Below, in pieces: positions 18,135 to 27,735 of a stretch of DNA of 64,000 bases; positions within the stretch are counted from its first letter, which is position 1; each line of letters begins with the position of its first letter. Below the pieces are notes generated by a model. It did no database searches and was not told where the DNA came from. It was given only the letters and a program-made list of their open reading frames with translations. This stretch comes from an uncultured Gemmatimonadales bacterium. GTDB taxonomy: Bacteria > Gemmatimonadota > Gemmatimonadetes > Palauibacterales > Palauibacteraceae. The stretch covers positions 480,001-544,000 of the forward strand of contig CAWANJ010000009.1 in the NCBI GenBank assembly GCA_963783385.1, in the 5' to 3' direction. A program made the position numbers and the translations under genes.

Positions 18135-19708
18135 CGCTCGCCACCGACCTCCGGCGGCTGCGGGAGGACGTCGGCGAGCTCCTCGCCCGGCACGATCGGG
18201 CGCAGGACATCTCCGAGTTCGAGGCCTACGCCGAGGACCCGATCGGCTTCGTCCGCGACGTGCTCGGCGACACCGACCCCGGCCCCTGGTGGCGGCAGGT
18301 GGAGATCGCCGAGGCTGTCCGGGATCACCCCCTGGTCGCGGTGCGCTCGAACAACTCGGCCGGCAAGGACTGGCTCGCGGCGCGTCTGGCGCTGTGGTGG
18401 GTCTACGCCCGCGGCGGGCTCGCCCTCGTCACCGGCCCCACTGAGCGTCAGGTCGTCGAGGTGGTCATGGGGCAGGTGGCCCGCGCCTTCCGCCGGGCGA
18501 GCTCGCTCCCCGGCGACCTGTACCGCTCGGCGCTCCGGGTCGGCGAGACGGAGGAGGCCGGGATCCTGGCCTTCACGTCGACCGAGGCCTCGAGGCTGAC
18601 GGGGTTCCATGCCGGGCGCGTGTTCTGTGTGCTCACCGAGGCGCAGGCGGTCGAGGATTTCGCCTGGGAGGGGCTCCTGGCCTGCGCGACGGGACCGGAG
18701 GACCGGCTCCTGGCGGTCGGCAACCCGGTGGCCCCCGACGGGCGGTTCTACCGGGCCTCCCGGGCCGGGACGTGGAAGGCGATCCGGGTCTCCGCGAAGG
18801 AGCACCCGAACGTCGTCGAGGGCCGGATGGTGATCCCCGGCGGCGTGTCCCGGGCCTTCGTGGAGCGGATCGCCTCGGAGTACGGGGCGTCGAGCGGCGT
18901 CTACAGGTCCCGCGTCCTCGGCGAGTTCCCCGACCAGGGAGAGGACGCGCTCTGCGCGCTCGAGTGGGTCGTCTCCGCGGCCGAGCGCTGGCAGGACGAG
19001 GAAGAGCACGAGGACCGCCGGCCCCGGGGCCTGCCGATCGTGGCGATCGACCCGGCGCGGTTCGGGCCGGACCAGACCGTCGCAGCCGTCATGCGCGGGA
19101 GCCGCGTCGTCCGGATCCTCGCCTGGCGGGGCGCCTCGACCATGGAGTCCGTCGGCCGGGTCGCGGAGCTGCTCCGCGAGGAGGGCATCCGGCCGAAGCC
19201 CAAGGCCCAGCGCTCGGCGCCCGGCGGCTTCGACGCCTACGGCCGGCCCACGAAGTTCGCGCTGCCCGCGGCGCCCCCGGAAGAGACCGGCCGGATCGTG
19301 GTGGACGAGATCGGCGTCGGGGGCGGCATCGTGGACCGGCTCCGGGAGCGGGGCTTCGAGGTCACGAGCTTCAACGGCGGCGGCCGGCCGCGGGGAAAGG
19401 GCCGGGAGCGGCACCTGAACCTTCGGGCGCAGGGCTACTGGACGCTCCGCCGCGCGCTCGAGCGGGGTGAGATCTCGCTCCCCCCGGACGACGACCTCCG
19501 CCAGGAGCTCGTGTCCATGCGCTGGGGGCCGACCTCCTCCGGCCAGATCCAGATCGAAGCGAAGACCGAACTCAGGGCGCGGCTCGGGCGGAGCCCGGAC
19601 AAGGCCGACGCCGTCTCCATGGCCGTGCTCGAGTGGGCGCGGCTCCGGGCCAGGGCCGCGCGGGACCCGATCGCGCCGAGCCTATCGTTCACTGACACCA
19701 GCATGTGA
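18131..19708 (+). CDS. terminase large subunit
   Basis: DPIGFVRDVLG, VAVRS..GKD Walker A, GNP, RVLGEFP, IDPARFGPDQTV, VVDEIGVGGGIVDRL, GRSPDKADA. Confidence 0.92.
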   Translation: MTLATDLRRLREDVGELLARHDRAQDISEFEAYAEDPIGFVRDVLGDTDPGPWWRQVEIAEAVRDHPLVAVRSNNSAGKDWLAARLALWWVYARGGLALVTGPTERQVVEVVMGQVARAFRRASSLPGDLYRSALRVGETEEAGILAFTSTEASRLTGFHAGRVFCVLTEAQAVEDFAWEGLLACATGPEDRLLAVGNPVAPDGRFYRASRAGTWKAIRVSAKEHPNVVEGRMVIPGGVSRAFVERIASEYGASSGVYRSRVLGEFPDQGEDALCALEWVVSAAERWQDEEEHEDRRPRGLPIVAIDPARFGPDQTVAAVMRGSRVVRILAWRGASTMESVGRVAELLREEGIRPKPKAQRSAPGGFDAYGRPTKFALPAAPPEETGRIVVDEIGVGGGIVDRLRERGFEVTSFNGGGRPRGKGRERHLNLRAQGYWTLRRALERGEISLPPDDDLRQELVSMRWGPTSSGQIQIEAKTELRARLGRSPDKADAVSMAVLEWARLRARAARDPIAPSLSFTDTSM

Positions 19709-19715
19709 GGGCGCC

Positions 19716-20396
19716 ATGACCGCCGTACTCGCCGCATCGATCGAAGACGTCGAGGGCCGCTGCGCCGAGCTCCAGGGGCGCCGGGACGGGCTCCGCGAAG
19801 AGCTCGCCGGCGCGCGGAAGGACGTCGCGGCCGCCCGGGAGGCGCGGGCCGCCGGGACGGGCTCGACCGAGGCCCTCGCCGGGGCGCACAGCCGCGCCGA
19901 GGCGCTCGCCGCCGCGCTCGGGGAAGCGGAGGAGCAGCTGACCGCGGCCCATGCCGAGCTCGCCGACCTCCGGCGGGAATCGGGCCAGGGGGCCAGCCGC
20001 CGCCGCCTCGCCGAGCTGGCCGGCCAGGCGGAGACGCTCTTCGAGGAGTGGTCGGAGGCCTACCGGGCCTTCGGGGCGGCCCTCTCCCGGCTTCCGCGGC
20101 GGATCCTCGACCTCGAGGCGGAGCTCGCGGACCTCCAGCGGGAGTTCACCGAGCGGGCGGAGGCGCTGTGGCCGGGATTCCGCCGGGGCGCGGCCGGAAG
20201 CGTGGACCTCGAGGGCCTCGAGCTCGGGCCGCTCGCCGGCTACCGCGAGCCCGGGATGAACCTCGCCCGGCCGTGGGTCCGCGGCGACACCTCGGAGCTC
20301 GGGCGGCTCGCCCGCCGGCCCGAGCGGCCGGACCTCGGCGCCGTGGACAAGCCGGCGCAGGAGCTCATCGCGATCGAGCGCGAGCGGCGGGCGTAG
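19716..20396 (+). CDS. coiled-coil hypothetical protein
   Basis: GAGGG RBS; heptad-rich sequence dominated by A, E, L and R. Confidence 0.7.
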   Translation: MTAVLAASIEDVEGRCAELQGRRDGLREELAGARKDVAAAREARAAGTGSTEALAGAHSRAEALAAALGEAEEQLTAAHAELADLRRESGQGASRRRLAELAGQAETLFEEWSEAYRAFGAALSRLPRRILDLEAELADLQREFTERAEALWPGFRRGAAGSVDLEGLELGPLAGYREPGMNLARPWVRGDTSELGRLARRPERPDLGAVDKPAQELIAIERERRA

Positions 20397-20415
20397 CCCC
20401 CGAAGGAGGAACGGC

Positions 20416-20799
20416 ATGACTCTCAGCGCACAGCAACTCGACGACCTGCTCGAGCTCCGCTCCCGGCTGATCGAGGGCGGGCTCGACCCGGCGACGGCCC
20501 ACCGGAAGACCGTAGAGGCCGGCCGCCGGCTCGGCACGGGCGGGGCTGCGGTGGACGCGGTGGCCCGGGAGATCCTGGAGGGCGAGGGGGGCCGGCGGCG
20601 GCCGCGGACGGAGGACGTCCGGACCCTCGTGGGCGCCCTCAAGGACTGGGGCCTCAGTGACGACGACGCGCTCGAGGCGGCGATGTCGAACGCCCACCGG
20701 CTCGAGCGCCGGGAGGCCACGGCCGTGGCCCGCGACCTGGTCATCGCCCGGGCGGCCGACCGCAAGCGGGAGGAGGGAAACTACGGTGACCAGTTCTAG
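20416..20799 (+). CDS. hypothetical helical protein
   Basis: AGGAGG RBS; strong host-like codon usage. Confidence 0.7.
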   Translation: MTLSAQQLDDLLELRSRLIEGGLDPATAHRKTVEAGRRLGTGGAAVDAVAREILEGEGGRRRPRTEDVRTLVGALKDWGLSDDDALEAAMSNAHRLERREATAVARDLVIARAADRKREEGNYGDQF

Positions 20800-21094
20800 G
20801 CGGGACGGGCCGGTCCGCCGGCTCTTCCGCGAGCTCGGGGTCCTCCGGGCGCTGGTCTCCGGCAAGGCCCCCGACCCGGACTCGCCTGGCTACGCGGCGG
20901 CCGGTCGGGTCATGGCGACGCAGGCCGGTCGGGTCTGGCAGGTCCGCTACATCGCCTGGCACATGCGGCGGCCGTGGTGCTGGATCCCGGAGGGCTGGGA
21001 CATGGCCACCTTCTGGGCGCTCCACGGCGGGCCGCCGGGGCTCTGGCGAGCGATCCAGGCCGAGCACCGCCGGCGCCAGGCGCCGCTCAACTGA
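20786..21094 (+). CDS. hypothetical Trp-rich protein
   Basis: GGAGG RBS upstream of GTG; overlaps the previous gene. Confidence 0.5.
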   Translation: MTSSRRDGPVRRLFRELGVLRALVSGKAPDPDSPGYAAAGRVMATQAGRVWQVRYIAWHMRRPWCWIPEGWDMATFWALHGGPPGLWRAIQAEHRRRQAPLN

Positions 21095-21109
21095 ACCGAG
21101 GGGGCGGAG

Positions 21110-21291
21110 ATGGGGGACCCAAGGGCCGGCCGGGGGGAGTGTGAGGCCTGCGGCGAGGAGCTCGGACGCCGCGGCGGCCGCGTCTGCGAGCTCTGCAGGG
21201 TCAAGGGCCGCTCTGCGAGGAGTGCTGGGTCGAGGACGGCCACCAGGCCCACGCCGACCAGGCGCTCGACCTGTCGGGAGACCATCAATGA
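21110..21291 (+). CDS. small Cys-rich zinc-finger protein, apparent frameshift
   Basis: CEAC...CELC then CEEC....H in a second frame; stop overlaps the next ATG. Confidence 0.45.
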
Positions 21292-22082
21292 GCACGCGGC
21301 GGCTGCTCTTCCTCGACCTCGAGACGACGGGGCACGGGGGAGCCGGATCCGGACCGCGACTGGATCGTGGAGTTCGCGTTCCAGCGCCTTGACCCGGAGC
21401 TCGGGCGGGCTCGAGCGGTGGGCGGAGCGGGTGAACCCCGGCGAGCCGATCCCGCGGACGGACCGAGGTGCACGGGATCTCTGACGCTGACGTCGCCGGC
21501 GCGCCTCCCTTCGCGGCCTTCGCGCCTGGGGTCCAGGGCCTGGTCGAGGGCTCGCTCCTCGTGGGCTACGGGAGCCGGCGTTACGACGTCCCGATCCTCG
21601 ACCGGGAGCTCCGCGCTGCGGACGAAGCCGGGCTCGAGCGGGACGCTTCGGGCGCGTTCATCGTCCACCCGGAGATCGACCTCTACCTCGCGTGGCAGCT
21701 CCACGAGCCGCGCGACCTGGCGACGGCGGCCCGGCGCTTCGCCGGCCGGGAGCTGGGGAACGACGCACATGGCGCCGAAGCGGACGCGGGCGTGCTCCGC
21801 GAGGTGCTCCGCGGCATGACCGAGAGCTTCGGTCTCCCCGGAGCGGACCGGCCCTCGGAGCTGGCCGCGGCTTGCCTCCAGCCCGGCGCCATGGACCGCG
21901 CCGGCTGCTTCCGCCGGCGCGAGGACGGTGTGGTCGTGTTCGACTTCTCGAAGAACCGCGGCAGGCCCGTCCGGGAGGAGCCGGGCATGCTCGAATGGAT
22001 GCTCAGGAACGACTTCCCGGCCGAGACCCGGCTCCTCGCGGATCGGCTTCTACGGGACGCTACTGGCGGCGGGGAGGACTGA
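21288..22082 (+). pseudogene. DEDDh 3'-5' exonuclease (DnaQ-like), frameshifted
   Basis: FLDLETTG, HGISDADV, GY.SRRYDVPIL, AHGAEADA, F.KNRG.PV...WML. Confidence 0.85.
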
Positions 22083-22085
22083 GCC

Positions 22086-22616
22086 ATGGCTGCGGACGAG
22101 GGCGGCGTGCGGTACGTGGACCTCTCGAGGCCCTGGCTCGGCCGCTTCTCCGTCATGGTGCTCGAGCCGCTGGTCGAGGCGGCCGCGCGCATCGTCCGCG
22201 ACAAGATCATCGAGGTCATGGAGGCGTCCACCCCCTCGGGCAAGCGCTACCCATCCCGTCCACCATCGCGCCCCGCAAGCGCTACAACCCGGAGACGGGC
22301 CAGTGGGAGGAGCTCCCCGGGCAAGTTCTACACGGCCTCCGCGCCGGACGAGCCCCCCGCGATCCGCACCGGCGGCTACCGGGACGCCTGGCTGGCCTCG
22401 GGCGCCTTCGAGGCGCGAGACGGTCATGGCGTGATGGCCGTCGTCTACAACTCGATCTACGTGGGGAAGGGCCGCGTCCCGCTCTGGGACATCCTCCAGC
22501 GGGGGCGGAAGGACGGCACGCTCCAGCCCCGGCCACACATCGACAAGGCGCTCGAGCTCGCGCGGCCCGAGATCGAGGCCCTGATCCGCGGCTTCTCCGG
22601 GCGCGGGGGCCTGTGA
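22086..22616 (+). CDS. HK97 gp10-like (neck/tail-completion) protein
   Basis: SGKRY...TASAPDEPPAIRTG and LQRG...LQPRPHIDKA motifs. Confidence 0.65.
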   Translation: MAADEGGVRYVDLSRPWLGRFSVMVLEPLVEAAARIVRDKIIEVMEASTPSGKRYPSRPPSRPASATTRRRASGRSSPGKFYTASAPDEPPAIRTGGYRDAWLASGAFEARDGHGVMAVVYNSIYVGKGRVPLWDILQRGRKDGTLQPRPHIDKALELARPEIEALIRGFSGRGGL

Positions 22617-22951
22617 GCCGCCGGAACGGCCGGCCGGCTGAGGCGGCCGTCACGGCCCGCGAGGCCCGAGGGGGCACAAAGACCGGCCGGAGCCCGCCCC
22701 GGACGACTCAATGCGTGCGGACGCACTTTCCGGCGATTCGGGAGGGGGCGGCGCGCACTGCGAGTGGTGCGGCAACCGATGGAGCCAAAACGCCGTGGCA
22801 GCGGTTCGACACGACGCGCTGCAGGAGGGAGGCCCACCGGGCGGCGCGAGGCGAGAAGATTGAGACCGCGGTTCGCGAGGCGCTGGACCGCGCGCGGCAG
22901 GACATCATGGACGCGCTCAGGGAAGCGCTCGAGGACGCGGGGCTCCGCTGA
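22613..22951 (+). CDS. small zinc-finger-like protein, apparent frameshifts
   Basis: CEWCGN / PKTPWQRFDTTRCRREAHR followed by an amphipathic helix. Confidence 0.4.
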   Translation: MSRRNGRPAEAAVTAREARGGTKTGRSPPRTTQCVRTHFPAIREGAARTASGAATDGAKTPWQRFDTTRCRREAHRAARGEKIETAVREALDRARQDIMDALREALEDAGLR

Positions 22952-22983
22952 GCGGGCGGAGCCGGAGCAGATAGGAGGCAGGG

Positions 22984-25900
22984 ATGCCGAACGAAAGCGG
23001 TGCACCGCCGGTCGGCGAAGCGGCGGTCGAGTTCTCGCCGAGCACGGGGCAACTCGAGGCGGACATCAACACGAAGGTTCGCCAGGCGTCGGAGGCTGGC
23101 GGGAAGAGGGCGGGCAAGGCTTTCAGTCGGGGCTTCCGGGACACCTCGAAGCCACCGGGCAGCAGGCGGCCGACGCGATCGTGGCTGACGTCAAGCGGCG
23201 CTTCGACGAGCGCTGGCCGAGGTCCGCCACGCGTTCGCCGCCGGCCTCATCAACCGCCAGGAGTTCGAGAAGGCGGGCCGCACGGCCGCCGAGGACTTCA
23301 ACAAGGCGCTCCTGAACTCCATCCGCCGCCTCGAGGAGCGGGACAGATCACGCCGGCTGTCTTTCGGCAGCTGTCCTCTCAGATCAAGCTCGAGGGCGTC
23401 CGGGCCGGGGGACAAACGGGAGCGGGATCCAGCAGGGCCTCGGCGGCCTCACCAAGTGGCTCCGGACGGGCTTCTATGCCGGCACGGCGGGCGCGCTCCT
23501 CTACGTGGCCAGCCGCATCAAGAGCTTCTTCGCCGGCGTGGCGCGCGACGTCGAGAACACGCTGAACCTCGGCGGCCTCCAGGCCCGCCGCCAGTCCCTC
23601 GAGAGCCTCGCCGGCGCGCAGGGCCTCGACCCCGCCCGGCTCCTGGGGAGCTCCGGAAGGGGGCGCGCGGCACGCGTCCGACTTCGAGCTCATGGACCGC
23701 GCCAACAACGCCCTCCAGGCCGGCCTCAAGGGCTCGGCGGACCAGTGGGGCGAGATGGCGACGGCGGCCCGCCGGCTCGGTCAGTCGGTCGGAATCGACG
23801 CCGCGACGGCGTTCGAGCGCATGACGAACGCCATCGTCCATAACCGGCCGATCATCGCCTCGACGCTCGGCCTCGTGGTGAACTGGAAGCAGGCCTACGA
23901 CGATGCGGCCGCCGCCCAGGGGCGGACGGCCAACAGCCTGAGCGCCACCGAGAAGCAGCAGATCCGGCTCTACTCGACGCTCGCGGTGGCCCGGAAGCGG
24001 GTACAGGACCTCGGCGCGGACCAGCTGAACGCCGCCCAGCGCGTGGAGCAGCTCCGGAGCGCTTGGGACAATGCCAAGAACGCTATCGCGCAGGCCATCG
24101 CCACCAACCCGGGCGTCGTATCGTTCCTCGACTCCATCGCCCGGGGCGCCGAGAACGCGTCTGCGCCAATGGAGGTCCTGGTGACGAAGATTCAGGCCGC
24201 CGTGGACACCGCGCTCCAGCTCGGCAAGGGGCTCTTCCAGGGCGGCATCGCCGGCTTCCTCGCGGCCTCGGCGAGCGGTCCAGGCTACCGCGAGAACCTC
24301 CAGCGCCGTCAGCAGCAGATGGCCGTGGAGAACATCGCTACGCGAGTGACACGAACGCCCTCCTCAAGCAGCGCAACGAGCTGGAGCAGGAGGCCGTGAG
24401 CTGGCAGCGCTTCCGGGTCGACGGCGAGGTGAAGGAGGAGGACGCGATCCGGAAGGTGAAGGATCTCCACGAGCAGATCCTCGCCATCAACCAGCGCATC
24501 GCGCAGCTCCGCGCTCAGGGGGACGTCCCCGGCGGCGATCCCACCAAGATCAACCTCGCCGCCCAGGCCGCCACGGCCATGAACGACGCGCTCAAGGAGA
24601 CGGCCGGGCTCCTCGGTCAGATCGAGGGCGAGGCGGCCACCAGTACACCGGGCAGGGCCTCATCGCGCGCTTCTTCCAGCGCGCCTCCGGCCCCTCCCCG
24701 GTCGGCCCCGGCGTGTCCGGGTTCTCCCAGGGCGCCGCCGGACTCCAGGCGGCCGAGGACCTGCGCGCGAAGCTGACCGACCTTCACCACTTCATGGACA
24801 TGCTCTCGAAGGCCGAGGGCACGGCCGGCGAGAAGTCGCTGGCCCTGAACGAGCACCTGAAGGAGCTCGGCCTCACCTGGGACCAGTTCCCCGACACGCT
24901 GAAGCTCCTCGTGAACGGTCTGATCGGCGCGGGGAACGCCGCCCTCATGCTTGGCCAGGGCTCGGATCAGGCCGAACGGAGCGCCTCGAAGCTGATGGAC
25001 CCTGCGGGCATCGAACGGGCGGCCCGCGGCATCCTCTCGCTCGCCGATCGATGGGCGTCCTCGACCACAAGACGCGCCGCGCGCTGCAGGGCATGGTCGA
25101 CATCGCGGGAGGCATCAGGACCTTGCTCCAGGGGGTAAGCTCGGAAATCTCCCCTCGGTGGCCGGCGGCCATTCCAGGGCGTTTCCGGCATCATCGGCAC
25201 GGTCAGCGGCCTGTTCGGCAAGAGTCGAGAAGGACAAGGAGCGCGACCGGCTCCTCGCCGAGAACAATCAGCGGCTCACCGACCTCAGGAACGAGCTCGG
25301 CCGCCAGCTCCAGTTCCTGACCGGGATCTCCGGCGACCAGTTCTCCGCGCTCCTCAAGGTGACTCAGCAGGCGGCGGCCGACCCGAACAGCTTCCTCTCG
25401 GGCTACCACTGGGCCGACCTCAAGAAACAGCTGGAGGCGGCCGGCCTCGGCCTCTCCGACCTCCACGACGCCGCCCAGAAGCTCGGGATCACCTGGGACG
25501 ACGGCCACCTGGCCGAGAGCTTCACGGCGCTCGCCAGGGCGCTCCGCGAGCTCGACCTCAAGAAGGCGCTCGGCACCTTTCAGGGGCAGATGGGGCTCCT
25601 CCAGCACGAGTTCTCGATCTTCAACGTGACCGACCCCGTGCAGAAGCTGGAGAAGTTCCGCCAGCTCCTGCTCAGCTTCACCAGCCTGCCGGGCGGCCTC
25701 CAGCAGCAGCTCTCCGGCCTCGACCTCACCACGGCGGCCGGCCAGACCCAGCTGCAGCAGATCCTCGAGCAGCTGTTCTCGGCCTTCGCCTCCGGCCGTA
25801 TCTCCATCGCGCAGCTCCAGGGCGCCCAGGGCGGCCTGTCGGCCTCCGACTTCCAGGACCTCCTCGACCAGATGGCCCAGCTCCTCCAGCACGCGCAGGG

Positions 25901-26316
25901 CGCCTCGGGGAATGTCGGCGGCCTGCAGGTGTTCAGCGGGATCAGCGAGCTCCAGGCGAACCGCCTCCTCTCGGGCGACGATACCAAGATCGCGCTCCTC
26001 TCGAAGCTCTGAGATCAACGCGGCCGGCTTCCGCGGGCTCGGCGTCGACATCCCGAGCCCGGGCGACCTCGCGCCCCTGGCCCGGCCTGGGGGCGCGGCC
26101 TCCACGACCGTCACCTTCCAGCCCGGCTCGATCGAGATCGGCCCGATCGACCTCGCCGGCGTCTCCGACCCGAAGGCGGCCGGCCAGGCGCTCGGCGACG
26201 CCTTCGTCCGGGAGATCGACCGGCGGCTTACGCGAAGCGGGTCTCCGCCTCGCGCGTCCAGGGGAGGGTCTCTGAGCGGGCTCGTGGTGGACGGGGAGGG
26301 ACTGCCATATGTCTAG
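22984..26316 (+). pseudogene. phage tail tape-measure-like protein (~1,100 codons), many frameshifts
   Basis: N-terminal VGEAAVEF, DFELMDRANNALQAG, YDDAAAAQGRTANSLSATEKQQ; A/Q/L-rich helical; C-terminal beta strand plus GDAFVREIDRRL; 3' end approximate. Confidence 0.78.
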
Positions 26317-26564
26317 TAGGCGGCCTGGACCGAGGCGCGTGGGCGCTCCTCGCCTCGGATACGATCCGGACTAGCGCCGACGGCACCCGTCAGGCGATCC
26401 TCGTCTCCTTTTCGGGCGGCGCGCTCACGCCCTGGAGCGTCCGGGCCTACGGCTCGGCCTCGGCCACCAATGGCGTGACCTACGTCACCTTCGGCTCGCC
26501 GTCGGTCACGGCCATCACCTCCTCGACGGCGAAGGTGCTCCTCCGGACCGCCGAGAGGGCGTAG
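26309..26564 (+). pseudogene. beta-rich gene fragment (possible tail-protein remnant)
   Basis: WALLASDTIRTSADGTRQAILVSFSGG...VTYVTFGSPSVTAITSSTAKVLLRTAERA*; no in-frame start at its 5' end. Confidence 0.35.
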
Positions 26565-26683
26565 GGCAGGCGGGCCAAACGGCCAGCCGCTCAGGTGGGC
26601 CATACCGCAGGGTAGGGGTAGGGCTCAACGGAGGGTCAACGGGCAGGCGGAGAGCCCATGGAGACCCCTCCTGGCCCTTCGGA

Positions 26684-27058
26684 CTACCAGCCGTCTGAGC
26701 CGACCATCCAGCCCTGACCTGTAAGCGAGTCGAGGAGCACCTGTCCCGTCTTCCTGGGCCTCCCAGCGCGGCCGGGCAGGTTGTACTTCCAGAATGCGAC
26801 GCCCGCGTCCACCTCGACCGAGTCCGGAGGTCCGAGATGGGCGAGAAGTTGGCATGCGCTCCAGTCACTCTCCGGCGCATAGTGCTGGCCCTTCGGCAGG
26901 TCCCTGTGCAGCCGGCCGTAGGCCTCCAGGACCGCGTTGTAACTGCAGCCCCACCGCGCGGCGACCTCCTGGGTGATGAGCCTCGGTCGCTGGGCGCAGC
27001 TCGCGGACAGCACCACCACCACCGCGAACAGCGCGGGTCGCAGAGCCTTGGTCGTCAT
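26684..27058 (-). CDS. putative lipoprotein
   Basis: MTTKALRPALFAVVVVLSAS-C lipobox; GGGAGG RBS; LG.PD..WKY resembles SmpA/OmlA-type domains. Confidence 0.7.
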   Translation of the reverse strand: MTTKALRPALFAVVVVLSASCAQRPRLITQEVAARWGCSYNAVLEAYGRLHRDLPKGQHYAPESDWSACQLLAHLGPPDSVEVDAGVAFWKYNLPGRAGRPRKTGQVLLDSLTGQGWMVGSDGW

Positions 27059-27116
27059 GTGCAGCCTCCCGTCGAGTCCATGCGGCGCGCTGACTCCCGC
27101 GGTGCCCGGAGCGGTT

Positions 27117-27383
27117 TCAATGCCCAGCCGCCCCCATTGCTCCGAGGAACAGGCTTCCGAAGGCGAGCCAGACAAGGAACCAGAAGATCGCGAAGAGGAT
27201 GCCGGTGGCGAGCGTGCCGAGGAGCACGCCGCCGGCAATTCTGGCGGCGGACGGTCCTGTTGCCAGGCGCAGTGCCTCGCGCCCCTCGCGGGAGTCGCTC
27301 GGGTTCGGAGCGCCGCAGCTCGGACAGTAGGGTGCGGAGCTGGCGATGTTGACCTGGCATGTGTGGCAGGCAACGAGAGGCAC
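27117..27383 (-). CDS. zinc-ribbon membrane protein
   Basis: CHTC...CPSCGAPN followed by hydrophobic helices; GGAGG RBS. Confidence 0.75.
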   Translation of the reverse strand: MPLVACHTCQVNIASSAPYCPSCGAPNPSDSREGREALRLATGPSAARIAGGVLLGTLATGILFAIFWFLVWLAFGSLFLGAMGAAGH

Positions 27384-27522
27384 GCGGACCTCCAGGTGAG
27401 GGTTCGGTCGGGGGCGCGCAGGCCTCGAATATCTCCCGGTGCGCCCGGCGCCGGCAACGCCGACCCCGCGAGCGCCCGCCTTGCAGGACAGACCTGGCCG
27501 CCCCCAGACTCCTCGGCGCAAG

Positions 27523-27552
27523 CGGTGCCAGTAGCGGTGACAAACGGTGCCG
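27523..27552. promoter_or_regulatory. putative integrase arm-type sites (right)
   Basis: CGGTGCCAGTAG-CGGTGACAAA-CGGTGCCG, similar to 9240-9263. Confidence 0.6.
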
Positions 27553-27638
27553 ATTCTGGCCGACGCGGACCAACGAAGAGAAACCGAAACGCCGCGTGAA
27601 ATGTGGCTCCTGAGCGTTGACTGACGACCGGAACTAGC

Positions 27639-27682
27639 TTGTGGCCCTGGAGGCCGCGGGTTCGAATCCCGTCGCTCACCCT
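27639..27682 (+). repeat. attR core (displaced tRNA-His 3' fragment)
   Basis: identical 44 bp to 9137-9180. Confidence 0.96.
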
Positions 27683-27690
27683 GTACACGC

Positions 27691-27713
27691 CGCCCCCGAA
27701 TCGGGCAGGGGCG
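27691..27713 (+). terminator. probable original tRNA-His downstream hairpin
   Basis: CGCCCC-N11-GGGGCG immediately after attR. Confidence 0.4.
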
Positions 27714-27735
27714 CGAGCCTCCCGGAGGCCGAACG

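Larger units (their letters stand above)
9137..27682. mobile_element. integrated phage-related element (satellite-like or defective prophage), ~18.5 kb, in tRNA-His
   Basis: att duplication starting in the anticodon loop; integrase, helicases, terminase and tape-measure genes inside. Confidence 0.93.

Noticed and set aside
27639-27682. second tRNA-His gene
   Set aside because: only the anticodon-loop-to-3' part is present, with no D arm or 5' acceptor strand; it is attR
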